Source: Nevskiaceae bacterium (lineage in GTDB: Bacteria > Pseudomonadota > Gammaproteobacteria > Steroidobacterales > Steroidobacteraceae). Taken from it: a stretch of 64,000 nt of DNA. Under the pieces are notes generated by a model. The model ran no database searches and had not been told where the DNA came from. It saw nothing but the letters and a program-made list of their open reading frames with translations. Below, piece after piece: positions 1 through 11,690 of the stretch. The position numbers were made by a program, and so were the translations under genes. How positions within the stretch are numbered: position 1 is the first letter of the stretch; the number at the start of each line of letters is the position of its first letter. The stretch is from NCBI GenBank assembly GCA_024234075.1, contig JACKOV010000003.1, positions 226,673 to 290,672 on the forward strand, written 5' to 3'.

Positions 1-282
1 CGTCCTCGACAGTGGCGACGCTCCCGGCGTACCGGCGATCCAAACGGGAGCATGGGTGATGGGATCGGTGACGCCCGAAATGCAGGCAGGCCTGATCCCC
101 CGTCGCGGCGCGCTTCCAGTTCGCGGCCGATGGAGTATTGCGCGAGGATCCGGCGACCGGCTCGGTCTGCGCGAACCTCGGCGAGATTGCGCTCGAGCAG
201 TGATCCGGGACGGGCCCGCGGGTTCGCTTCCGACCGGTATCCATCGTAGTCTTCGGCGGATCGTCGACGGAGGACCGAAACG

Positions 283-1320
283 ATGCCCGAGATCGTCGCG
301 CCGCAGGGCGTCCCGTTGGCGGCAGCCCTGATCAGTGCACGCGATCTCGATGCGTCGCTGCGTTTCTATGTCGGGGTGATCGGCCTGGATGCCGATCCCG
401 AGACGCTCTGGTCCGGTGCGGCGTTCGAACGGCTGTGGGGTCTGCCGGCGGGCGCGCGGGCGCGTTGCCGGATGCTGTCGGCCGGCGCTGCGCGGGTCGG
501 CCGCGTCCTGCTGATCGAGTTCGACCAGCGCAGCCTGCCGGCCGGTACGCTGCGCGAGACCATCGCGACCGGCTCGAATGCGCAATGTTTCGGCCTCGCC
601 AACCTGAATTTCTACGATGCGGACATTCGCGCGACGACCGCGCGACTGCGTGCCGAGGGCTTCGGCTTCTGGAGCGATCCGACCCAGCACAGCCTCACCG
701 CCGGTGTCGGCAATCCGATCGAGGTGGTGTTCGACGGCCCGGATGGCGTCGCGATCAACCTGGTCGAGTTGACCGGCACCGATCCCGCGACGCGCATCGG
801 CCAGATGCGCGCCTATGTCGAGCGCCACGGACGCACCCGTACCGGCTTCACGCCGGTGGTGACCACCTCGCATGCGGTGCGCTCGATTCCGCGGGCGCGG
901 GCGTTCTACGAGCGCGTGCTGAAAATGGCCGCGCTGATCGACGAAGTGATGTCGGCCGATCGGGTCAACGTCTTCCTGCGTCTGCCGCAGGCTGCGCGGA
1001 CCCACATCACCTTCATGCAAGGCAACCACATGTTCGGCAAGATCGCGTTGTCCGAACCTTTGAACTACGCCGATGCCTGCGTCGACCTGGTGCCGCGCGC
1101 CCACGCGCCGAACATCGGTTATCTCGCCCAGGCCTTCGAACTCGCCACCGACGGTGATTTCGACGCCGCCGAGCGCAGCTGCCGCGAGCTGGAAGTCGAA
1201 TTCGTCGCGCCGCCCGAAACTGCCGACCTGCCGGGCTTCGGCCGGCGCCGCTACATGATGGTGCACAACCCGGGCAGCGGCGCCCTGCAGTGGCTGCTCG
1301 GGCCGCCGATCGAAGGCTGA
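283..1320 (+). CDS. VOC (glyoxalase/bleomycin-resistance/dioxygenase) family protein, two-domain
   Basis: 345-aa ORF with GC-rich third positions. The N-terminal segment SARDLDASLRFYVGVIGLD is typical of VOC/glyoxalase folds, and a second similar half follows (SHAVRSIPRARAFYERVLKM). No signal peptide. Confidence 0.7.
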   Translation: MPEIVAPQGVPLAAALISARDLDASLRFYVGVIGLDADPETLWSGAAFERLWGLPAGARARCRMLSAGAARVGRVLLIEFDQRSLPAGTLRETIATGSNAQCFGLANLNFYDADIRATTARLRAEGFGFWSDPTQHSLTAGVGNPIEVVFDGPDGVAINLVELTGTDPATRIGQMRAYVERHGRTRTGFTPVVTTSHAVRSIPRARAFYERVLKMAALIDEVMSADRVNVFLRLPQAARTHITFMQGNHMFGKIALSEPLNYADACVDLVPRAHAPNIGYLAQAFELATDGDFDAAERSCRELEVEFVAPPETADLPGFGRRRYMMVHNPGSGALQWLLGPPIEG

Positions 1321-1324
1321 GCGC

Positions 1325-3385
<2,061 letters not shown>

Positions 3386-3451
3386 GCCGCCAGGCCGCGG
3401 CGGCTGCTGTGGCGACAGGCACCGCCGGTGGGTGCCGAAAATCGAGTGTCA

Positions 3452-4312
3452 TCAGGCGGGGCCTGTTGCGACGGGACGCGAGGGGTCGCGGATCCACTCA
3501 CTCCAGGAGCCCGGGTAGAGGCGGCCGCCGCCGAGCCCGGCATGCTCGAGTGCCAGCAGATTGTGACAGGCACTGACACCCGAGCCGCACATCGCGACCA
3601 GGGCCGTCGGCGCTGCTCCACCGAGAGTCTGTAGCCATTGCGCCCGCAGCTCGTCGGCGGGTCGCAGCCGGCCGGTCGCATCGACATTGCGGACGAAGGG
3701 ATGATTCACCGCGCCGGGCACGTGGCCGGCGATCGGGTCGATGGTCTCGTTCTGTCCGGCGAAGCGATCGGCGCCTCGCGCATCGACCAGGCGCAGGCCG
3801 GCAGCGGCGTCCCGCAGGCCGGTCGCGAGGGCGTCCGTGTCGACGGTGGCGCTGCGGTCGATACGGGCGACGAAACGTCGCGCCGCGCGGTCGCCTGCGG
3901 CTGTGGTGACCGGTTGCGCCGCGGCCGTCCAGGCGGCAAAACCACCGTCGAGCACTGCGACGGCGCGGTGGCCGAGCCAGCGGAACAGCCACCAGGCGCG
4001 CGCGGCGTACATGCCGTTGCCCTGGTCGTAGACCACGACCTGGACTCGCTCGTCGATGCCCCAGGCGCCGGCTCGTGCCGCGAAGGCGTCGGGGGAGGGC
4101 AGTGGATGACGGCCCGTCGAGGGGCCAACCGCTGCGGCGAGATCGTGGTCGAGATCGCAGTAAAACGCGCCAGGTACGTGGCCGGCCGCCCAGGCCTCGC
4201 GCCCCCAGGCCGGTCGCACGAGATCGAAGCGGCAATCGAGCACCGCGCAGTCGGGATCGTCCAGCCTCGCGGCGAGTCCGGCGACGTCGATCAGGGTGGC
4301 GAGCGGTTCCAT
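3452..4312 (-). CDS. sseA: 3-mercaptopyruvate/thiosulfate sulfurtransferase (tandem rhodanese)
   Basis: Two rhodanese-like halves. The active-site loop CGSGVSACH and the C-terminal YPGSWSEW are present. Start taken at MEPLATL; the ORF extends 13 codons further upstream. Confidence 0.85.
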   Translation of the reverse strand: MEPLATLIDVAGLAARLDDPDCAVLDCRFDLVRPAWGREAWAAGHVPGAFYCDLDHDLAAAVGPSTGRHPLPSPDAFAARAGAWGIDERVQVVVYDQGNGMYAARAWWLFRWLGHRAVAVLDGGFAAWTAAAQPVTTAAGDRAARRFVARIDRSATVDTDALATGLRDAAAGLRLVDARGADRFAGQNETIDPIAGHVPGAVNHPFVRNVDATGRLRPADELRAQWLQTLGGAAPTALVAMCGSGVSACHNLLALEHAGLGGGRLYPGSWSEWIRDPSRPVATGPA

Positions 4313-4373
4313 CCGCGAATTCTCCGTCCGAAATCTTGCCGTTACAATCACGGACGGCTTCTGGAAGGACGAA

Positions 4374-5063
4374 ATGGCGATAGATCTCTACTGGGGCAGC
4401 GGCAGTCCGCAATGCTGGCGCGTCATGCTCGCGCTCGAGCACAAGCGTCTGCCATGGACCAGCCACCCGCTGCAGCTCGCACGGCAGGATCACAAATCGC
4501 CGCAGATGCTCGCGATGAACCCGCGCGGCCGGGTGCCCGTGCTCAAGGACGGGGACTACGTCGTGTTCGAGTCGGTCGCGGTGCTCTACTACCTCGACCT
4601 CAAATACCCCGATCCGCCGATTTTCGGCCGCACGCCCGAGGAAGCGGGCGTGATCATGCGGGTCATCGAGGAGTTCCAGGCCTACACCGAGGATTACCTG
4701 ATGAGGATCTGTCAGGTGCTGGACAGCGGCGGGCCGGTTCCGGCGCAGCTGCGCGACGAGATCACCGACGCGATGCACGTCGTGGCCCGCGAGGCGCGCA
4801 CCATCGAAGGCCGCCTGTCCAGGTCCGACTGGATCGTCGGCGAGGACTACTCGGCCATCGACATGGTGATCTTCCCGGCGATCCAGCAGCTGCGTCGGGC
4901 CTTGAACCAGCCCGGCGGCCGCGAGTTGTCGAGCCGTTTCCTGCCGATTTCGGCAAACTACCCCGCGCTCGGCCGCTGGCTGGCACGGATCGAAGCGCTG
5001 CCCGGCTACGAGCGCACCTATCCGCCGCACTGGCGGGAACAACCGTCAACAGGAGACCGCTAA
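4374..5063 (+). CDS. glutathione S-transferase family protein
   Basis: Thioredoxin-like N-domain (MAIDLYWGSGSPQCWRV ... NPRGRVPVLKDGDYVVFESVAVLYYL) followed by a helical C-domain. Divergent from sseA across a 61-bp spacer. Confidence 0.85.
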   Translation: MAIDLYWGSGSPQCWRVMLALEHKRLPWTSHPLQLARQDHKSPQMLAMNPRGRVPVLKDGDYVVFESVAVLYYLDLKYPDPPIFGRTPEEAGVIMRVIEEFQAYTEDYLMRICQVLDSGGPVPAQLRDEITDAMHVVAREARTIEGRLSRSDWIVGEDYSAIDMVIFPAIQQLRRALNQPGGRELSSRFLPISANYPALGRWLARIEALPGYERTYPPHWREQPSTGDR

Positions 5064-5068
5064 AGAAA

Positions 5069-6490
5069 ATGACCGACCACAAGATCCTCATCGACTTCCC
5101 CGGCCGCATCGTGATGATTGGTTTCGGTAGCATCGGCCAGGGGGTTCTGCCGTTGATCCTGCGACATGTCGGCGTGCCCGCCGAGCGGATCGTGATCGTG
5201 ACGGCCGAGGATCGCGGCATCGAGGAAGCGCAGCGCTACGGCATCAAGTTCATCCGCGAGCCGCTGACCCGCGAGAACTTCCGCCGGGTGCTCGAGCCGC
5301 TGCTGGGGCGGGGCGATTTTCTGCTGAACCTCTCGGTCGACGTGTCCTCGCTCGCGCTGGTCAAGCATTGCTGGGAGCGCGGCGCGATGTATCTCGACAC
5401 CTGCATCGAGCCCTGGCTCGGTGGCTACACCGATCCCGGCACGCCTGCCGCCAAGCGCACCAACTATGCGCTGCGCGAAGAAGCGCTGGCGCTGCGCGCC
5501 GGCAGCGGCCGCAACCCGACGGCGCTGATCACCCACGGCGCCAATCCGGGGCTGGTTTCGCATTTCCTGAAGCAGGCGCTGCTGAATGTCGCCAAGGACA
5601 CCGGTGTCGATGCCGGTCGGCCCGCGAGCCGCGAGGACTGGGCGAAGCTCGCGCAGACCCTGGGTGTGCGCACGATCCACATTGCCGAGCGCGATACGCA
5701 GGTCTCGCCGCAGCGCAAGCTGCCGAACGAATTCGTCAACACCTGGTCGGTCGACGGCTTCGTCGGCGAAGGCGCGCAGCCCTGCGAGCTCGGCTGGGGA
5801 ACTCATGAGCGCAATTTTCCGCGCGATGGCCGGCGGCACGATTTCGGTTGTGGTTCGGCGATCTGGCTGTCCCAGCCGGGCGCCGCAACCCGTGTGCGTA
5901 CCTGGACCCCCAAGGCTGGCCATTTCCATGCCTTTGCGATCACCCACGGCGAGTCGATTTCGGTTTCCGACTATCTCACGGTCCGTGAGGGTGGTCAGGT
6001 CGTCTACCGGCCGACGGTCCACTATTCCTATCACCCCTGCGACGACGCCGTGCTGTCGATGCACGAGTTCGCCGGCCGCAACTGGGTGGTGCAGGACCGG
6101 AAACGGATCCTGATGGACGAAATCTCCCCCGGCGGCATCGACGAACTCGGCGTGCTGCTGGCCGGCCACAAGAAAAACGCCTACTGGTACGGCTCGCAGC
6201 TGTCGGTCGACGAAGCGCGCAAGCTGGTGCCCTACAACAACGCCACCAGCCTGCAGGTGACGGTCGCGGTGCTGGCGGGCGTGATCTGGGCGATGGAGAA
6301 CCCGAATCGCGGCCTGGTCGAGCCCGACGAAATCGACCACGAGCGCGTGCTCGAGCTTTGCCGGCCCTACCTCGGCCCGGTCGTCGGCGAGTACACCGAG
6401 TGGACGCCGCTGACCGAGCGCGAGAGCCTGTTCCCGGAAGACATCGACAAGTCGGATCCCTGGCAGTTCAAGAACGTCCGCGTCATGTGA
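5069..6490 (+). CDS. hss: homospermidine synthase
   Basis: 473-aa C-terminal part of the long 3638..6490 ORF, starting at MTDHKILIDFPGRIVMIGFGSIGQG. Collinear with the bacterial homospermidine synthase pattern (NLSVDVSS, IHIAERDTQ, NTWSVDGF, GHKKNAYWYGSQLS, DPWQFKNV). Confidence 0.88.
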   Translation: MTDHKILIDFPGRIVMIGFGSIGQGVLPLILRHVGVPAERIVIVTAEDRGIEEAQRYGIKFIREPLTRENFRRVLEPLLGRGDFLLNLSVDVSSLALVKHCWERGAMYLDTCIEPWLGGYTDPGTPAAKRTNYALREEALALRAGSGRNPTALITHGANPGLVSHFLKQALLNVAKDTGVDAGRPASREDWAKLAQTLGVRTIHIAERDTQVSPQRKLPNEFVNTWSVDGFVGEGAQPCELGWGTHERNFPRDGRRHDFGCGSAIWLSQPGAATRVRTWTPKAGHFHAFAITHGESISVSDYLTVREGGQVVYRPTVHYSYHPCDDAVLSMHEFAGRNWVVQDRKRILMDEISPGGIDELGVLLAGHKKNAYWYGSQLSVDEARKLVPYNNATSLQVTVAVLAGVIWAMENPNRGLVEPDEIDHERVLELCRPYLGPVVGEYTEWTPLTERESLFPEDIDKSDPWQFKNVRVM

Positions 6491-6502
6491 CGCGGGCGGC
6501 CG

Positions 6503-7012
6503 TCAGCTGCCGGCCGTCTCGTAGCGGATATCGACGATCAGGTAGCGCTGCTCGCCACCGGGCAGCGCCACCGTGATTTCGTCGTCGAGCCGCTTGCCGA
6601 GCAAGGCCCTGGGCAGCGGGGCATCCATGCTGACGTAGCCCTGCTGCACGCCGAGTTCGTCCGGTCCGACGATACGGAAAGTCTGCTCCGCGCCGGTGTC
6701 GTTCTCGAGCGTGACCCAGGCGCCGAAGAAGACCCGCCGGGTATCGGTCGGCGCTTGCGAGACCACCACCATGCCGTCGAGCCGTTTGCGCAGGAAGCGC
6801 ACGCGGCTGTCGATTTCGCGCAGCCGCTTCTTGCCATAGGTGTAATCGGCGTTCTCCGAGCGGTCGCCCTGCGCGGCCGCTTCGGCAACCGCCTGCGTGA
6901 CTCGCGGCCGCTCGACCCGCCACAACTGGTCGAGCTCGGCGCACAGCCGCGCATGGCCTGCCGGCGTGATGAACTTCGAGCCGGGGCGGCTCGGGGGACG
7001 ATAGCGGGACAT
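6503..7012 (-). CDS. greB: transcription elongation factor GreB
   Basis: 169 aa. The coiled-coil N-domain carries the acidic tip (GDRSENADYTYGKKRLREID) and is followed by a Gre C-terminal domain. Confidence 0.9.
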   Translation of the reverse strand: MSRYRPPSRPGSKFITPAGHARLCAELDQLWRVERPRVTQAVAEAAAQGDRSENADYTYGKKRLREIDSRVRFLRKRLDGMVVVSQAPTDTRRVFFGAWVTLENDTGAEQTFRIVGPDELGVQQGYVSMDAPLPRALLGKRLDDEITVALPGGEQRYLIVDIRYETAGS

Positions 7013-7174
7013 CCTCTGTCTGCTCTTGGCTGGCTGCTGCGGCTGCCGGCTGCGCCATCGCGACTTGACTTAACCCACGGTTTCGCCGGCGCAGGCCGCC
7101 GGGCGATGGCCGTTGCCGTGGGAACTGTGCCGGCCGACACAGTTTACCCGCAATCCCGGACGTAGCCTTTCCCC

Positions 7175-7375
7175 ATGGCGGCGAAGTACTTCACACAGTT
7201 CGTCACCGGTGCGGAAGAGGCCCGCTACGCCAGCGAATGGAGCGGCGTCGTCGAGGTGGCCGAGCCGCTCGAAGGGCGCAAAGGCGCGCAGCGCGAGCTG
7301 CGTGAGCTGCTTGCCGAAAGTTTCGAGCTCGATTCGGCCGAGATCCGGATCCTGCATTGGGCCAGATTGCATTGA
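7175..7375 (+). CDS. small hypothetical protein (66 aa)
   Basis: Strong GC3 bias in this frame, and a canonical intrinsic terminator follows 60 nt downstream. I do not recognise a family. Confidence 0.45.
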   Translation: MAAKYFTQFVTGAEEARYASEWSGVVEVAEPLEGRKGAQRELRELLAESFELDSAEIRILHWARLH

Positions 7376-7437
7376 GTTGAGTTCCGACGAATCCCCTAGC
7401 GGACTTCCTTCCCTTCATCGAAAGTCCGCATTTCCAA

Positions 7438-7469
7438 CCCCAGGTGGCTTACCTCCTGGGGTTTTTTTT
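7438..7469 (+). terminator. rho-independent terminator
   Basis: CCCCAGG (7438-7444) pairs with CCTGGGG (7455-7461) and is followed directly by T8 (7462-7469). Confidence 0.75.
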
Positions 7470-7608
7470 CGATGACTCCAGTACCGCACGAACGCGGGCG
7501 AGCGCCGCAAGCCCGCCCTGGGCCAGTATGGGGATCCGGCTGTCGATCAGGCGCGCACGATGGCGCAGGAATGGCTGGCCGATGCCCGAACCGATCAGCA
7601 GACTGTTG

Positions 7609-7850
7609 TCACTCATCAGTAGTGGGAAGAATCAAGCATGCCTCGAAGCCTGAATCCTGTCCGGGCCTCGGCGACTTCAGGACCAGCGCACTGCCGATAC
7701 GCTGGCCAATCGCATGAACGATCGTCGACCCAAGACCACTGCCATCCCCGAGCTTTGCCACGCGCTCGAATCGGTCCGCCAACCGGGCAAGGGTTTCGCC
7801 GCCGCGGTTCTCAAGCAGGTCAGCGCAGTGCAAGACAGCCGTCAGTCCGT
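7609..7850 (-). pseudogene. C-terminal remnant of a sensor histidine kinase (HATPase_c G2-box region only)
   Basis: The tail of ORF 7609..8235 reads ...LARLADRFERVAKLGDGSGLGSTIVHAIGQRIGSALVLKSPRPGQDSGFEACLILP. This matches the end of a histidine-kinase ATPase domain. The HisKA, N-box and G1 regions would lie where the opposite-strand M13 peptidase gene now starts. Confidence 0.55.
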
Positions 7851-7930
7851 GCCGATGTGGCCGCTCAGGTGTCGTCGCCGGCCGGGGCTGGTAACGTGTC
7901 GACTTCGTTCCTCCTGCTCGCGGTGATTGC

Positions 7931-10039
7931 ATGCAACGATTCCTGATCGTGCTGTCGGCGGCGGTGCTCTCGGCCTGTGCGGCCTCGTCCGCGGTCAAGC
8001 CGGCTTCGTCATCGTCCGCCGGTGCTCGCCCGGCGGCGTCGCTCGCGGCGACAGCAGTGGCACCGGCAACGGCGTCCACGGCAGCGTTGAAGTCCGGGCT
8101 GGACCTCGCCGGGTTCGATCTCAGCGCACGGCCGCAGGACGACCTGTTCCGTTTTGCCGCCGGCGGCTGGCTGGCGCGTACCGAGATTCCGGCGGATCGC
8201 TCGAATTTCGGCACCTTCGCGGTGCTGGAGGACAATGCGCGCGCGGCGCTGCGCCAGCTGGTCGACGAGGCGGTCGCACAGCCGGGCCGTACTCACGGCT
8301 CCAATGCGCAGAAGATCGGCGACTTCTACGCCAGCTTCATGGATGCCGACCGCATCGCCGCGCTCGGTGCGACGCCGCTCGCCGGCGAAGTGGCGCGGAT
8401 TCTGGCGATCCGCAATCCGCGCGACGTGTTTGCCTACATGGGCTACGCGCAGCGCCTCGGCCTGCGGCTGCCGCTGCGGCTGTACGTCAGCCAGGATGCG
8501 CGCGATTCGAGCTCGAACATCGCCTCGGTCTACCAGGCCGGGCTGACGATGCCCGACCGCGATTACTACCTGGCGACCGATGAGCGCAACGTCGCGCTGC
8601 GGCGGGGCCTGGAGAACTACATCGCGCAATTGTTCACGCTCACCGGCGAGCCGGACCCGACCGGCGCGGCGCGGCGTGTCGCCGCGATCGAGAGTCGGAT
8701 CGCCAATCATCACTGGACCCGGGTGCAGAACCGCGACCCGGTCAAGACCTACAACAAGGTGACGCTGGCCGAGGCGGGGAAGCTCACGCCGGGATTCGAC
8801 TGGTTTGCTTTCGTCGAGGGTGCGGGCGCGCCGGGGATCGCCGTACTGGATGTCAATCAGCCCACCTATGTGCGCGAGCTTGCCGCAATGGTGAAGAGCA
8901 CTCCGGTCGCGGATTGGCGGCTGTACTTCAAGTTCCGGCTGCTCGACGGCTATGCGCCGTATCTCGCCTCCAATTTCGAGCGCGCCCATTTCGATTTCCG
9001 CCAGGCCGCGCTGCGCGGCGTCAAGGAGCCCGAACCGCGCTGGCGGCGTGGCATCAGTCTGCTCGATGAGCAGGTCGGCGAACTGCTCGGTCGACTCTAC
9101 GTCGAGCGCCACTTCACGCCGGCGGCGCGCGAGCATGTGCTGCAGCTGGTCGACAACCTGCTGAAGGCCTTCGACAGCTCGATCGACGAACTCGAGTGGA
9201 TGAGCCCGGAGACGCGCGCCGAGGCCAAGCGCAAGCTCGCCGGCTTCACCGTCAAGATCGGCTATCCGGAGCGCTGGCGCGACTACGGGCGGCTGGAAAT
9301 CCTGCCCGGTGACCTGGTCGGCAACGTGCGTCGCGCGCACGAGTTCGAGTTGCAGCGCCAGCTCGCCAAGCTCGGCCGGCCGGTCGACCGTGACGAATGG
9401 CTGATCACTCCCCAGACGGTGAATGCCTACTACAACCCGCCGCTGAACGAGATCGTGTTCCCGGCGGCGATCCTGCAGCCGCCGTTCTTCGACCCGACGG
9501 CCGACGACGCGGTCAACTACGGTGCGATCGGCGCCGTGATCGGTCACGAAATCAGCCATGGCTTCGACGATCAGGGTCGGCAGTACGACGGCCATGGCAA
9601 TCTGCGCGACTGGTGGACGTTCGCCGACAACGCGCGTTTCACCGAGCGGGCGGGGCGGCTGGTGGCGCAGTATTCGGGTTTCCGGGTGCTTGATGGCCGT
9701 GCCATCAACGGCCAGCTGACGCTGGGCGAGAACATCGGCGACCTGTCGGGTCTGGCGGTCGCCTACAAGGCCTATCAGATCTCGCTCGGCGGCAAACCGG
9801 CGCCGGAGATCGACGGCTACACCGGGCCGCAGCGCTTTTTCCTGGGCTGGGCGCAGATCTGGCGCCGCAAGTACCGCGACGACGAATTGCGCATGCGCCT
9901 GCTGACCGACGTGCACAGCCCGAGCGAGTTCCGGGTCAACGGGGTGGTCGCCAACATGACGGAGTTCCACCAGGCTTTCGGCCTCGCGCCCGGCGACCGG
10001 CTGTATCGTGCGGCCGAAGATCGTGTGAAAATCTGGTAG
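7931..10039 (+). CDS. M13 family zinc metallopeptidase (PepO / endothelin-converting-enzyme-like), lipoprotein
   Basis: Lipobox (LSAC). HEISHGFD zinc motif and GENIGDLSG (ENxADxGG-type) motif. C-terminal VNGVVANMTEFHQAFG. Confidence 0.92.
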   Translation: MQRFLIVLSAAVLSACAASSAVKPASSSSAGARPAASLAATAVAPATASTAALKSGLDLAGFDLSARPQDDLFRFAAGGWLARTEIPADRSNFGTFAVLEDNARAALRQLVDEAVAQPGRTHGSNAQKIGDFYASFMDADRIAALGATPLAGEVARILAIRNPRDVFAYMGYAQRLGLRLPLRLYVSQDARDSSSNIASVYQAGLTMPDRDYYLATDERNVALRRGLENYIAQLFTLTGEPDPTGAARRVAAIESRIANHHWTRVQNRDPVKTYNKVTLAEAGKLTPGFDWFAFVEGAGAPGIAVLDVNQPTYVRELAAMVKSTPVADWRLYFKFRLLDGYAPYLASNFERAHFDFRQAALRGVKEPEPRWRRGISLLDEQVGELLGRLYVERHFTPAAREHVLQLVDNLLKAFDSSIDELEWMSPETRAEAKRKLAGFTVKIGYPERWRDYGRLEILPGDLVGNVRRAHEFELQRQLAKLGRPVDRDEWLITPQTVNAYYNPPLNEIVFPAAILQPPFFDPTADDAVNYGAIGAVIGHEISHGFDDQGRQYDGHGNLRDWWTFADNARFTERAGRLVAQYSGFRVLDGRAINGQLTLGENIGDLSGLAVAYKAYQISLGGKPAPEIDGYTGPQRFFLGWAQIWRRKYRDDELRMRLLTDVHSPSEFRVNGVVANMTEFHQAFGLAPGDRLYRAAEDRVKIW

Positions 10040-10120
10040 TCGCTTGCGGTGGGGCCGTACGCGGCGTCCCGCCCTCCGGCTTTGGCCGGCAGCGCATTCA
10101 CGGAGATGGAGGTCGACGAC

Positions 10121-10759
10121 ATGCGTTTGATTGCCACTGTCCTGCTCGTCGTGGCCAGCCTCGCCCTCGGCGGCTGTGGCTACAACACACTGCAGACCGA
10201 AGACGAGGCGGTGAAGGCGTCCTGGTCCGAAGTCGTCAACCAGTACCAGCGCCGCGCGGACCTGATCCCGAACCTCGTCAACACCGTCAAGGGCTATGCG
10301 GCCCAGGAAGAGCGTGTGCTGGTCGGTGTCACCGAAGCGCGCTCGCGCGCGACCGCGATCCAGTTGACGCCGGAGCTGCTGAACGACCCGGAAGCGCTGC
10401 GCAAGTTCCAGGCGGCCCAGGGCGAGCTCACCTCGGCGCTGAAGAGCCTGATCGCCGTCAGCGAGAACTATCCGCAGCTGAAGTCCGACCAGAACTTCCG
10501 CGATCTGCAGGCGCAGCTCGAAGGCACCGAGAACCGGATCGCCGTGGCCCGCAACCGCTATATCGAGGCGGTACAGCGTTTCAACGGCACGGTTCGCCAG
10601 TTCCCGACCAACCTGACGGCCATGCTGTTCAAGTTCCAGGTCAAGCCGAACTTCACCGTGGAAAACGAGGCGGCCATCGCGCAGCCGCCGGCGGTCGATT
10701 TCGGCACGGCCGCCCCGGCGCCGGCTCCCGCTCCGGCGAGCGGCGCGCCGCTCACCTGA
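10121..10759 (+). CDS. lemA: LemA family protein
   Basis: MRLIATVLLVVASLALGGCGYNTLQTEDEAVKASWSEVVNQYQRRADLIPNLV is the classic LemA N-terminus. GGAG-rich RBS upstream of the ATG at 10121. Confidence 0.9.
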   Translation: MRLIATVLLVVASLALGGCGYNTLQTEDEAVKASWSEVVNQYQRRADLIPNLVNTVKGYAAQEERVLVGVTEARSRATAIQLTPELLNDPEALRKFQAAQGELTSALKSLIAVSENYPQLKSDQNFRDLQAQLEGTENRIAVARNRYIEAVQRFNGTVRQFPTNLTAMLFKFQVKPNFTVENEAAIAQPPAVDFGTAAPAPAPAPASGAPLT

Positions 10760-10778
10760 GAAGCTCGGCATCGCTGCC

Positions 10779-11675
10779 GTGACGCGCCTGTTCGCGGCGC
10801 CGCTGCTTCTGCTGCTGTCGATGGTGGCCGCGGTGGCCGCGCATGCGCAGTCGCTGCAGCCGGTGCCGCCGCTCGAGGCGCGGGTCACCGATCTCACCGG
10901 TACGCTGACGGCTGCGCAACAGGCCCAGCTCGAGATCCGGCTGGCGGAGTTCGAGTCGCGCAAGGGTGCGCAGGTCGCCGTGCTGATCGTGCCGACGGTG
11001 CGGCCCGAAGCGATCGAGCAGTATTCGATCCGTGTGGTCGACAGCTGGAAGCTCGGTCGCGAGCAGCCCGACGATGGCGCATTGCTGCTGGTCGCCAAGG
11101 ACGACCGCGAGCTGCGGATCGAGGTCGGCCGCGGACTCGAGGGAGCGCTGACCGATCTCGTCAGCCGTCGCATCATCGACGAGACGATCCTGCCGCTGTT
11201 TCGCGTCGGGGATTTTGCCGGCGGCATCGCCGCCGGAGTCGAGCAGATGACCCGTGTGATCGACGGCGAACCGCTGCCCGAGCCCGACCGCGACTGGGGC
11301 GGTCGCGGTGCGGCGCTCGGTGATTTGCTGCCGGTGCTGTTCGCCATCATTTTCGTGGCATCGGTGATCCTGCGAGCGGTCTTAGGCCGCACGCTCGGTT
11401 CGCTCGCCACCGGCGGTATCGCCGGCGCCGCCGGCTGGCTGATCAGCCAGCTCGTGCCGGTGGCGGTCGGTGCCGGCTTGTTCGCGCTGCTGATGTCGTT
11501 GCTGATGGGGCACGGCGGCGGCGGCAGCGGCGGTGGCTGGTCCAGCCGCCCGCGCCACGGTGGCTGGGGCGGTGGTTGGGGCGGCGGCGGCTTCGGCGGA
11601 GGGCTCGGCGGCGGCGGTGGTTTTGGAGGTGGCGGTGGCAGTTTCGGCGGCGGCGGCGCGTCGGGGCGCTGGTAG
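10779..11675 (+). CDS. TPM-domain protein (YgcG-like) with TM segments and glycine-rich tail
   Basis: GTG start and signal peptide. TPM/TLP18.3-type core (RVTDLTGTLTAAQQAQLE ... GAQVAVLIVPT ... DDGALLLVAKDDRELRIEVGRGLEG). The C-terminus is a run of GGGW/GGGF repeats. Confidence 0.88.
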   Translation: MTRLFAAPLLLLLSMVAAVAAHAQSLQPVPPLEARVTDLTGTLTAAQQAQLEIRLAEFESRKGAQVAVLIVPTVRPEAIEQYSIRVVDSWKLGREQPDDGALLLVAKDDRELRIEVGRGLEGALTDLVSRRIIDETILPLFRVGDFAGGIAAGVEQMTRVIDGEPLPEPDRDWGGRGAALGDLLPVLFAIIFVASVILRAVLGRTLGSLATGGIAGAAGWLISQLVPVAVGAGLFALLMSLLMGHGGGGSGGGWSSRPRHGGWGGGWGGGGFGGGLGGGGGFGGGGGSFGGGGASGRW

Positions 11676-11690
11676 CGGCGGGGAGCAGAC

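Noticed and set aside
1-282. Open minus-strand frame running off the left edge (…LLERNLAEVRADRAGRRILAQYSIGRELEARR…) and the plus-strand ORFs 52..249 and 56..331
   Set aside because: None has a convincing start codon or family signature, and composition is ambiguous. A partial gene may enter from the left, but I cannot support a call.
3638-5068. In-frame 477-codon upstream extension of the homospermidine synthase ORF
   Set aside because: It overlaps sseA (antisense) and the GST gene and translates to low-complexity sequence. Hss homology begins at MTDHKIL (5069), and the 473-aa length matches the family.
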